This document shows, in pieces, positions 45,001 to 57,900 of a DNA stretch of 64,000 nucleotides. Every line of letters begins with the position of its first letter. The stretch's first letter is position 1. The stretch is taken from the NCBI RefSeq assembly GCF_009914755.1, contig NC_060933.1; one strand, given 5' to 3'. The notes below the pieces were generated by a model that worked only from the letters and a program-made list of their open reading frames with translations, was not told the DNA's origin and did not search any database. The position numbers and the translations under genes are program-made. The DNA is from the human T2T-CHM13v2.0 reference genome, Homo sapiens.

Positions 45001-46050
45001 AATGGAATGGAATGGAATGCAAAGCAATGGAATCAACTCGATTGCAATGGAATGGAATGGAATGGAATGGAAAGGAATACATTGGAATCAACCCGAGTGG
45101 AATGGAATGGAAAGGACTGGAATGGAGTGGAATGGAATGGAATGGAATGGAATGGAATCAACTCGATTGGAATGGAATGGAATGGAATGGAATGGAATGG
45201 AATGGAATGGAATTAACCCGAATAGAATGCAATGGAATGGAATGGAAAGGAACGGAACGGAATGGAATGGAATGGAATGGAATGGAATGGAATGGAATGG
45301 AATCAACCAGACTGCAGGGGAATGGAATGGAATGGAATGCAATGGAATGGATTCAACTTGAATGGAATGGAAAGAATGGAATCAACACGAGTGGAATGGC
45401 ATGGATTGGAATGGAATGGAATGGAGTCAACCCGAGTACAGGGGAATGGAATGGAATGGATTCAACCCGAGTACAGGGGAATGGAATGGAATGGAATGCA
45501 ATGGAATGGAATGGAATGCAATGGAATGGAATCATCCGTAATGGAATGGAAAGGAATGGAATGGAATGGAATGGAATGGAATGGAATGGAATGGAATGGA
45601 ATGGAATAGAATCAACTCGATTGCAATCGAATGGAATGGAATGGAATTAACCCAAATAGAATGGAATGGAATGGAATGGAACGGAACGGAACGGAATGGA
45701 ATGGAATGGAATGGAATGGAACGGAAAGGAAGGGAATAGAATGGAATAGAATGGAATGGAATGGAATCAACGCGAGTGCAGGGGAATGGAATGGAATGGA
45801 ATGCAATGGAATGGAATCTTCCGGAATGGAATGGAATGGAATTGAATGGAATGGAATCAACCCGAGTGCAGTGGAATGGAGTGGAATGGAATGGAATGGA
45901 ATGGAACAACCCGAATGGAATGGAATGTAATGGAGAGTAAGGGAGTTGAATAGAATCAATCCGAATGTAATGGAATGGAATGGAACGGAATGGAATTGAA
46001 TGGAATGGAATGGAATGCAATGGAATGGAATCAACCCGAGTGCAATGGAA
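42003..46050 (+). repeat. Domain C: tandem duplication of a 2017/2012 bp unit
   Basis: CCTTCAAACC 42473/44490 and TCGTTCTGAG 42641/44658 (offset 2017). Identical ORF pairs 42121/44138 and 43220/45232. Junction motif at 42003, 44020 and 46032. Confidence 0.92.
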
Positions 46051-47199
46051 TGGAGAGGAATGGAATGGAATGGAATGGAAACTACCCGAATGGAATGGAA
46101 TGTAATGGAGTGTAAGGGAATGGAATAGAATCAATCCGAATGTAATGGAATGGAATGGAACGGAATGGAATGGAATGGAATGGAATGGAATGGAATGGAA
46201 TGGAATGCAATGCAATGGAATCAACCCGAGTGCAATCGAATGGAATCGAATGGAATGGAATGCAATGGAATGGATTCAACTTGAATGGAATGGAAAGAAT
46301 GGAATCAACACGAGTGGAATGGCATGGATTGGAATGGAATGGAATGGAATCAACCCGAGTACAGGGGAATGGAATGGAATGGAATGCAATGGAATGGAAT
46401 CATCCGTAATGGAATGGAAAGGAATGGAATGGAATGGAATGGAATGGAATGGAATGGAACGGAATCAACTCGATTGCAATCGAATGCAATGGAATGGAAT
46501 TAACCCGAATAGAATGGAATGGAATGGAATGGAACGGAACGGAATGGAATGGAATGGAATGGAATGGAATGGAATGGAATTGAACGGAACGGAATGGAAT
46601 GGAATGGAATGGAATGGAATGGAATCAACGCGAGTGCAGGGGAATGGAATGGAATGGAATGCAATGGAATGGAATCTTCCGGAATGGAATGGAATGGAAT
46701 GGAATGGAATGAAATGCAATGGATTCAACTCGATTGCAATGGAATGGAATAGAATGGAATGGAATGGAATGGAATGGAATGGAATTAATCCGAATAGAAT
46801 GGAATGGAATGGAAAGGAACAGAACGGAACGGAATGGAATGGAATGGAATGGAATGGTATGGAATGGAATGGAATGGTACGGAATAGAATGGAATGGAAC
46901 GAATTGCAATGGAATGGAATTGAATGGAATGGAATGGAATGGAATGGAATGGAATGGAATCAACGCGAGTGCAGGGGAATGTAATGGAACGGAATGCAAT
47001 GGAATGGAATCATCCGGAATGGAATGGAATGGAATGGAATGGAATGGAATCAACCCGAGTGCAATGGAATGGAGTGGAATGGAATGGAGAGGAATGGAAT
47101 GGAATGCAATGGAAACTACCCGAATGGAATGGAATGTAATGGAGTGTAAGGGAATTGAATAGAATCAATCCGAATGTAATGGAATGGAATGCAACGGAT

Positions 47200-48300
47200 T
47201 GGAATGGAATGGAATGCAATGGAATGGAATCATCCGGAATGGAATGGAATGGAATGGAATGGAATCAACTCCATTGCAATGGAATGGAATGGAATGGAAT
47301 GGAATAGAATGGAATGGAATTAACCCGAATAGAATGGAATGCCATAGAATGGAATGGAACGGAACTGAATGGAGTGGAATGGAATGGAATGGAATCAACC
47401 TTTGTGCAGGGGAATGGAATGGAATGGAATGCAATGGAATGGAATCATCCGGAATGGAATGGAATGGAATGGAATGGAATCAAACCGAGTGCAATGGAAT
47501 GGAGTGAAATGGAATGGAATGGAATGGAAACAACCAGAATGGATTGGAATATAATGGAGTGTAAGGGAATTGAATAGAATCAATCTGAATGTAATGAAAC
47601 GGAATGGAACGGAATGGAATGGAATGGAATGGAATGGAATCGAATGGAATGGAATGGAATGGAATCAACCAGAGTGCAATGGAATGGATTCGAATGGAAT
47701 TGAATGGAGTGGAATGGATTCAACCCGAATGGAATGGAAAGGAATGGAATTAACCCGAGTGGAATGGCATGGAATGGAATGGAATGGAATGGAATGGAAT
47801 GGAATGGAATGGTTCGGAATAGATTGGATTGGAACAAAATGGAATGGAATGGAATGGAATGGAATGGAATGGAATGGAATGGAATGGAATCAACCCGAGT
47901 GCAGGGGAAAGGAATGGAATGGAATGCAATGGAATGGAATGGAATGGAATGGAATGGAATAGAATGGAATAGAATGGAATCAACCCGAGTGGAATGGCAT
48001 GGAATGGAATGCAATGGAATGGCATGGAATGGAATCATCTCGAGTGGAAAGGAATGGAATGGAATGGAAAGGAATGGAATGAAATCAACTCGAGTGGAAT
48101 GGAATGGAATGGAATGGATTGCAATGGATTGCAATGGAATGAAATGGAATGGAATGGAATGGAATCAATCATTCCGAGAGGAATGGAAGGGAATGTAATG
48201 GAGTGGAAAGAAGGGAATGGAATCAACCCGAGTGGAATGCAAGGCAATGGAATGGAATGGAAAGGAATGGAATGGAATGGAATGGAATGGAATGGAAACA
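47200..48300 (+). repeat. Diverged single-copy HSat3 island
   Basis: Dense private variants not noticed elsewhere in the window: CAACCTTTGTGC ~47396, GCCATAG 47341, GGTTCGGAATAGATTGGATT 47811, CATCTCGAG ~48036, CAATCATTCCGAGAGG ~48166. Confidence 0.75.
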
Positions 48301-48979
48301 ACCCGACTGCAGGGGAATGGAATGGAATGGAATGCAATGGAATGGATTCAACTTGAATGGAATGGAAAGAATGGAATCAACACGAGTGGAATGGCATGGA
48401 TTGGAATGGAATGGAATGGAATCAACCCGAGTACAGGGGAATGGAATGGAATGGAATGCAATGGAATGGAATCATCCGTAATGGAATGGAAAGGAATGGA
48501 ATGGAATGGAATGAAATGGAATGGAATCAACTCGATTGCAATCGAATGGAATGGAATGGAATTAACCCGAATAGAATGGAATGGAATGGAATGGAACAGA
48601 ACGGTACGGAATGGAATGGATTGGAATGGAATGGAATGGAATGGAATGGAACGGAAAGGAATGGAATGGAATGGAATGGAATGGAATGGAATGCAATGGA
48701 ATGGAATCAACGCGAGTGCAGGGGAATGGAATGGAATGCAATGCAATGGAATGGAATCTTCCGGAATGGAATGGAATGGAATGGAATGGAATGGAATGGA
48801 ATGGAATCAACCCGAGTGCAATGGAATGCAGTAGAATGGAATGGAATGGAATGGAACAACCCGAATGGAATGGAATGTAATGGAGAGTAAGGGAGTTGAA
48901 TAGAATCAATCCGAATGTAATGGAATGGAATGGAACGGAATGGAATTGAATGGAATGGAATGGAATGCAATGGAATGGA

Positions 48980-51900
48980 ATCAAACCGAGTTCAATGGAA
49001 TGGAGACGAATGGAATGGAATGGAATGGAAACTGCCCGAATGGAATGGAATGTAACGGAGTGTAAGGGAATTGAATAGAATCAATCCGAATGGAATGGAA
49101 TGGAATGGAACAGAATGGAATGGAATGGAATGGAATGGAGTGGAATGGAATGGAATGCAATGGAATGGAATCAACCCGAGTGCAATCGAATGGAATCGAA
49201 TGGAATGGAATGCAATGGAATGGATTCAACTTGAATGGAATGGAAAGAATGGAATCAACACGAGTGGAAGGGCATGGATTGGAATGCAATGGAATGGAAT
49301 CAACCCGAGTACAGGGGAATGGAATGGAATGGAATGCAATGGAATGGAATCATCCGTAATGGAATGGAAAGGAATGGAATGGAATGGAATGGAATGGAAT
49401 GGAATGGAATCAACTCGATTGCAATTGAATGGAATGGAATGGAATTAACCCGAATAGAATGGAATGGAATGGAATGGAACGGAACGGAACGGAATGGAAT
49501 GGAATGGAATGGAATGGAATGGAACGGAAAGGAAGGGAATGGAATGGAATAGAATGGAATGGAATGGAATCAACGCGAGTGCAGGGGAATGGAATGGAAT
49601 GGAATGCAATGGAATGGAATCATCCGGAATGGAATGGAATGGAATGGAATCAACCCGAGTGCAATGGAATGGAGTGGAATGGAATGGAATGGAATGGAAC
49701 AACCCGAATGGAATGGAATGGAATGGAGAGTAAGGGAGTTGAATAGAATCAATCCGAATGTAATGGAATGGAATGGAACGGAATGGAATTGAATGGAATG
49801 GAATGGAATGCAATGGAATGGAATCAACCCGAGTGCAATGGAATGGAGAGGAATGGAATGGAATGGAATGGAAACTACCCGAATGGAATGGAATGTAATG
49901 GAGTGTAAGGGAATTGAATAGAATCAATCCGAATGTAATGGAATGGAACGGAACGGAATGGAATGGAATGGAATGGAATGGAATGCAATGGAATGGAATC
50001 AACCCGAGTGCAATCGAATGGAATCGAATGGAATGGAATGCAATGGAAAGGATTCAACTTGAATGGAATGGAAAGAATGGAATCAACACGAGTGGAATGG
50101 CATGGATTGGAATGGAATGGAATGGAATCAACCCGAGTACAGGGGAATGGAATGGAATGGAATGCAATGGAATGGAATCATCCGTAATGGAATGGAAAGG
50201 AATGGAATGGAATGGAATGGAATGGAATGAAATGGAATGGAATGGAATCAACTCGATTGCAATCGAATGGAATGGAATGGAATTAACCCGAATAGAATGG
50301 AATGGAATGGAATGGAACGGAACGGAATGGAATGGAATGGAATGGAATGGAATGGAACGGAACGGAACGGAACGGAATGGAATGGAATGGAATGGAATGG
50401 AATGGAATGGAATCAACGCGAGTGCAGAGGAATGGAATGGAATGGAATGCAATGGAATGGAATCTTCCGGAATAGAATGGAATGGAATGGAATGGAATGG
50501 AATGGAATGGAATGAAATGCAATGGATTCAACTCGATTGCAATGGAATGGAATAGAATGGAATGGAATGGAATGGAATGGAATTAATCCGAATAGAATGG
50601 AATGGAATGGAATGGAATGGAATGGAATGGTACGGAATAGAATGGAATGGAACGAATTGTAATGGAATGGAATTGAATGGAATGGAATGGAATGGAATGG
50701 AATCAACGCGAGTGCAGGGGAATGTAATGGAACGGAATGCAATGGAATGGAATCATCCGGAATGGAATGGAATGGAATGGAATGGAATGGAATGGTACGG
50801 AATAGAATGGAATGGAACGAAATGGAATGGAATGGAATGGAATGGAATGGAATGGAATGGAATCGTTCCGAGTGGAATAGGAGGGAATGTATTCGAGTGG
50901 AATGGAAAGGAATGGAATCAACCAGAGTGGAATGGAAGGGAATGGAATGGAATGGAAACTAATAGAATGGAATCAACCCGAGTGGAATGGAATGGAAAGG
51001 ACTGGAATGGAATGGAATGGAATGGAATCAACTCGATTGTAATGGAATGGAATGGAATGGAATGGAATGGAATGGAATGGAATGGAATTAACCCGAATAC
51101 AATGCAATGGAATGGAATGGAACGGAATGGAGGTGAATGGAATGGAGTCAACCCGAGTGCAGGGGAATGGAATGGAATGGAATGCAATGGAATGGAATCA
51201 TCCGGAATGGAATGGAATGGAATGGAATGCAAAGCAATGGAATCAACTCGACTGCAATGGAATGGAATGGAATGGAAAGGAATACATTGGAATCAACCCG
51301 AGTGGAACGGAATGGAAAGGACTGGAATGGAGTGGAATGGAATGGCATGGAATGGAATGGAATCAACTCGATTGGAATGGAATGTAATGGAATGGAATGG
51401 AATTAACCAGAATAGAATGGAATGGAATGGAATGGAACGGAACGGAATGGAATGGAATGGAATGGAATGGAATGGAATGGAATGGAAACAACCCGACTGC
51501 AGGGGAATGGAATGGAATGGAATGCAATGGAATGGATTCAACTTGAATGGAATGGAAAGAATGGAATCAACACGAGTGGAATGGCATGGATTGGAATGGA
51601 ATGGAATGGAATCAACCCGAGTACAGGGGAATGGAATGGAATGGAATGCAATGGAATGGAATCATCCGTAATGGAATGGAAAGGAATGGAATGGAATGGA
51701 ATGGAATGGAATGAACTCGATTGCAATCGAACGGAATGGAATGGAATTAACCCGAATAGAATGGAATGGAATGGAATGGAACGGAACAGAACGGAATGGA
51801 ATGGATTGGAATGGAATGGAATGGAGTGGAACGGAAAGGAATGTAATGGAATGGAATGGAATGGAATGGAATGGAATGGAATCAACGCGAGTGCAGGGGA

Positions 51901-54900
51901 ATGGAATGGAATGGAATGCAATGGAATGGAATCTTCCGGAATGGAATGGAATGGAATGGAAAGGAATGGAATGGAATGGAATCAACCCGAGTGTAATGGA
52001 ATGGAATGGAGTGGAATGGAATGGAATGGAATGGAACAACCCGAATGGAATGGAATGTAATGGAGAGTAAGGGAGTTGAATAGAATCAATCCGAATGTAA
52101 TGGAATGGAATGGAACGGAATGGAATTGAATGGAATGGAATGGAATGGAATGGAATGGAATCAACTCGATTGCAATTGAATGGAATGGAATGGAATTAAC
52201 CCGAATAGAATGGAATGGAATGGAATGGAACGGAACGGAATGGAATGGAATGGAATGGAATGGAATGGAATGGAATGGAATGGAATGGAACGGAAAGGAA
52301 GGGAATGGAATGGAATAGAATGGAATGGAATGGAATCAACGCGAGTGCAGGGGAATGGAATGGAATGGAATGCAATGGAATGGAATCTTCCGGAATGGAA
52401 TGGAATGGAATGGAATCAACCCGAGTGCAATGGAATGGAGTGGAATGGAATGGAATGGAATGGAACAACCCGAATGGAATGGAATGGAATGGAGAGTAAG
52501 GGAGTTGAATAGAATCAATCCGAATGTAATGGAATGGAATGGAACGGAATGGAATTGAATGGAATGGAATGGAATGCAATGGAATGGAATCAACCCGAGT
52601 GCAATGGAATGGAGAGGAATGGAATGGAATGGAATGGAAACTACCCGAATGGAATGGAATGTAATGGAGTGAAAGGGAATTGAATAGAATCAATCCGAAT
52701 GTAATGGAATGGAACGGAACGGAATGGAATGGAATGGAATGGAATGGAATGCAATGGAATGGAATCAACCCGAGTGCAATCGAATGGAATCGAATGGAAT
52801 GGAATGCAATGGAAAGGATTCAACTTGAATGGAATGGAAAGAATGGAATCAACACGAGTGGAATGGCATGGATTGGAATGGAATGGAATGGAATCAACCC
52901 GAGTACAGGGGAATGGAATGGAATGGAATGCAATGGAATGGAATCATCCGTAATGGAATGGAAAGGAATGGAATGGAATGGAATGGAATGGAATGAAATG
53001 GAATGGAATGGAATCAACTCGATTGCAATCGAATGGAATGGAATGGAATTAACCCGAATAGAATGGAATGGAATGGAATGGAACGGAACGGAATGGAATG
53101 GAATGGAATGGAATGGAATGGAACGGAACGGAACGGAACGGAATGGAATGGAATGGAATGGAATGGAATGGAATGGAATGGAATGGAATCAACGCGAGTG
53201 CAGAGGAATGGAATGGAATGGAATGCAATGGAATGGAATCTTCCGGAATAGAATGGAATGGAATGGAATGGAATGGAATGGAATGAAATGCAATGGATTC
53301 AACTCGATTGCAATGGAATGGAATAGAATGGAATGGAATGGAATGGAATGGAATTAATCCGAATAGAATGGAATGGAATGGAATGGAATGGAATGGAATG
53401 GAATGGTACGGAATAGAATGGAATGGAACGAATTGTAATGGAATGGAATTGAATGGAATGGAATGGAATGGAATGGAATCAACGCGAGTGCAGGGGAATG
53501 TAATGGAACGGAATGCAATGGAATGGAATCATCCGGAATGGAATGGAATGGAATGGAATGGAATGGAATGCAATGGAATAGAATCAACCCGAGTACAATG
53601 GAATGGAATGGAATGGAATGGAATGGAATGGAATGGAATGGAATGGTACGGAATAGAATGGAATGGAACGAAATGGATTGGAATGGAATGGAATGGAATG
53701 GAATGGAATGGAATCGTTCCGAGTGGAATAGGAGGGAATGTATTCGAGTGGAATGGAAAGGAATGGAATCAACCAGAGTGGAATGGAAGGGAATGGAATG
53801 GAATGGAAACTAATAGAATGGAATCAACCCGAGTGGAATGGAATGGAAAGGACTGGAATGGAATGGAATGGAATGGAATCAACTCGATTGTAATGGAATG
53901 GAATGGAATGGAATGGAATGGAATGGAATGGAATGGAATGGAATGGAATTAACCCGAATACAATGCAATGGAATGGAATGGAACGGAATGGAGGTGAATG
54001 GAATGGAGTCAACCCGAGTGCAGGGGAATGGAATGGAATGGAATGCAATGGAATGGAATCATCCGGAATGGAATGGAATGGAGTGGAATGCAAAGCAATG
54101 GAATCAACTCGATTGCAATGGAATGGAATGGAATGGAAAGGAATACATTGGAATCAACCCGAGTGGAACGGAATGGAAAGGACTAGAATGGAGTGGAATG
54201 GAATGGAATGGAATGGAGTGGAATCAACTCGATTGGAATGGAATGGAATGGAATGGAATTAACACGAATAGAATGGAATCGAATAGAATGGAATGGAACG
54301 GAACGGAGTGGAATGGAATGGAATGGAATGGAATGGAATGGAATGGAAAGGAATCAACCCGACTGCAGGGGAATAGAATGGAATGGAATGCAATGGAATG
54401 GATTCAACTTGAATGGAATGGAAAGAATGGAATCAACACGAGTGGAATGGCATGGATTGGAATGGAATGGAATGGAATCAACCCGAGTACAGGGGAATGG
54501 ATTGGAATGGAATGCAATGGAATGGAATCATCCGTAATGGAATGGAAAGGAATGGAATGGAATGGAATGGAATCAACTCGATTGCAATCGAATGGAATGG
54601 AATGGATTTAACACGAATAGAATGGAATGGAATAGAATCGAGCGGAACGGAACGGAACGGAACGGAATGGAATGGAATGGAATGGAATGGAATGGAACGG
54701 AAAGGAATGGAATGGAATGGAATGGAATGGAATGGAATGGAATCAACGCAAGTGCAGGGGAATGGAATGGAATGGAATGCAATGGAATGGAATCAAACCG
54801 AGTTCAATGGAATGGAGACGAATGGAATGGAATGGAATGGAAACTGCCCGAATGGAATGGAATGTAACGGAGTGTAAGGGAATTGAATAGAATCAATCCG

Positions 54901-57900
54901 AATGGAATGGAATGGAATGGAACAGAATGGAATGGAATGGAATGGAATGGAATGGAGTGGAATGGAATGGAATGCAATGGAATGACATCAACCCGAGTGC
55001 AATCGAATGGAATCGAATGGAATGGAATGCAATGGAATGGATTCAACTTGAATGGAATGGAAAGAATGGAATCAACACGAGTGGAAGGGCATGGATTGGA
55101 ATGCAATGGAATGGAATCAACCCGAGTACAGGGGAATGGAATGGAATGGAATGCAATGGAATGGAATCATCCGTAATGGAATGGAAAGGAATGGAATGGA
55201 ATGGAATGGAATGGAATGGAATGGAATCAACTCGATTGCAATTGAATGGAATGGAATGGAATTAACCCGAATAGAATAGAATGGAATGGAATGGAACGGA
55301 ACGGAACGGAATGGAATGGAATGGAATGGAATGGAATGGAACGGAAAGGAAGGGAATGGAATGGAATAGAATGGAATGGAATGGAATCAACGCGAGTGCA
55401 GGGGAATGGAATGGAATGGAATGCAATGGAATGGAATCTTCCGGAATGGAATGGAATGGAATGGAATCAACCCGAGTGCAATGGAATGGAGTGGAATGGA
55501 ATGGAATGGAATGGAACAACCCGAATGGAATGGAATGGAATGGAGAGTAAGGGAGTTGAATAGAATCAATCCGAATGTAATGGAATGGAATGGAACGGAA
55601 TGGAATTGAATGGAATGGAATGGAATGCAATGGAATGGAATCAACCCGAGTGCAATGGAATGGAGAGGAATGGAATGGAATGGAATGGAAACTACCCGAA
55701 TGGAATGGAATGTAATGGAGTGTAAGGGAATTGAATAGAATCAATCCGAATGTAATGGAATGGAACGGAACGGAATGGAATGGAATGGAATGGAATGGAA
55801 TGGAATGCAATGGAATGGAATCAACCCGAGTGCAATCGAATGGAATCGAATGGAATGGAATGCAATGGAAAGGATTCAACTTGAATGGAATGGAAAGAAT
55901 GGAATCAACACGAGTGGAATGGCATGGATTGGAATGGAATGGAATGGAATCAACCCGAGTACAGGGGAATGGAATGGAATGGAATGCAATGGAATGGAAT
56001 CATCCGTAATGGAATGGAAAGGAATGGAATGGAATGGAATGGAATGGAATGAAATGGAATGGAATGGAATCAACTCGATTGCAATCGAATGGAATGGAAT
56101 GGAATTAACCCGAATAGAATGGAATGGAATGGAATGGAACGAAACGGAATGGAATGGAATGGAATGGAATGGAATGGAACGGAACGGAACGGAACGGAAT
56201 GGAATGGAATGGAATGGAATGGAATGGAATGGAATGGAATCAACGCGAGTGCAGAGGAATGGAATGGAATGGAATGCAATGGAATGGAATCTTCCGGAAT
56301 AGAATGGAATGGAATGGAATGGAATGGAATGGAATGGAATGGAATGAAATGCAATGGATTCAACTCGATTGCAATGGAATGGAATAGAATGGAATGGAAT
56401 GGAATGGAATGGAATTAATCCGAATAGAATGGAATGGAATGGAATGGAATGGAATGGAATGGTACGGAATAGAATGGAATGGAACGAATTGTAATGGAAT
56501 GGAATTGAATGGAATGGAATGGAATGGAATGGAATCAACGCGAGTGCAGGGGAATGTAATGGAACGGAATGCAATGGAATGGAATCATCCGGAATGGAAT
56601 GGAATGGAATGGAATGGAATGGAATGGAATGCAATGGAATAGAATCAACCCGAGTACAATGGAATGGAATGGAATGGAATGGAATGGAATGGAATGGAAT
56701 GGTACGGAATAGAATGGAATGGAACGAAATGGAATGGAATGGAATGGAATGGAATGGAATGGAATGGAATCGTTCCGAGTGGAATAGGAGGGAATGTATT
56801 CGAGTGGAATGGAAAGGAATGGAATCAACCAGAGTGGAATGGAAGGGAATGGAATGGAATGGAAACTAATAGAATGGAATCAACCCGAGTGGAATGGAAT
56901 GGAAAGGACTGGAATGGAATGGAATGGAAAGGAATCAACTCGATTGTAATGGAATGGAATGGAATGGAATGGAATGGAATGGAATGGAATGGAATTAACC
57001 CGAATACAATGCAATGGAATGGAATAGAACGGAATGGAGGTGAATGGAATGGAGTCAACCCGAGTGCAGGGGAATGGAATGGAATGGAATGCAATGGAAT
57101 GGAATCATCCGGAATGGAATGGAATGGAATGGAATGCAAAGCAATGGAATCAACTCGACTGCAATGGAATGGAATGGAATGGAAAGGAATACATTGGAAT
57201 CAACCCGAGTGGAACGGAATGGAAAGGACTGGAATGGAGTGGAATGGAATGGCATGGAATGGAATGGAATCAACTCGATTGGAATGGAATGTAATGGAAT
57301 GGAATGGAATTAACCAGAATAGAATGGAATGGAATGGAATGGAACGGAACGGAATGGAATGGAATGGAATGGAATGGAATGGAATGGAATGGAAACAACC
57401 CGACTGCAGGGGAATGGAATGGAATGGAATGCAATGGAATGGATTCAACTTGAATGGAATGGAAAGAATGGAATCAACACGAGTGGAATGGCATGGATTG
57501 GAATGGAATGGAATGGAATCAACCCGAGTACAGGGGAATGGAATGGAATGGAATGCAATGGAATGGAATCATCCGTAATGGAATGGAAAGGAATGGAATG
57601 GAATGGAATGGAATGGAATGAACTCGATTGCAATCGAACGGAATGGAATGGAATTAACCCGAATAGAATGGAATGGAATGGAATGGAACGGAACAGAACG
57701 GAATGGAATGGATTGGAATGGAATGGAATGGAGTGGAACGGAAAGGAATGTAATGGAATGGAATGGAATGGAATGGAATGGAATGGAATCAACGCGAGTG
57801 CAGGGGAATGGAATGGAATGGAATGCAATGGAATGGAATCTTCCGGAATGGAATGGAATGGAATGGAAAGGAATGGAATGGAATGGAATCAACCCGAGTG

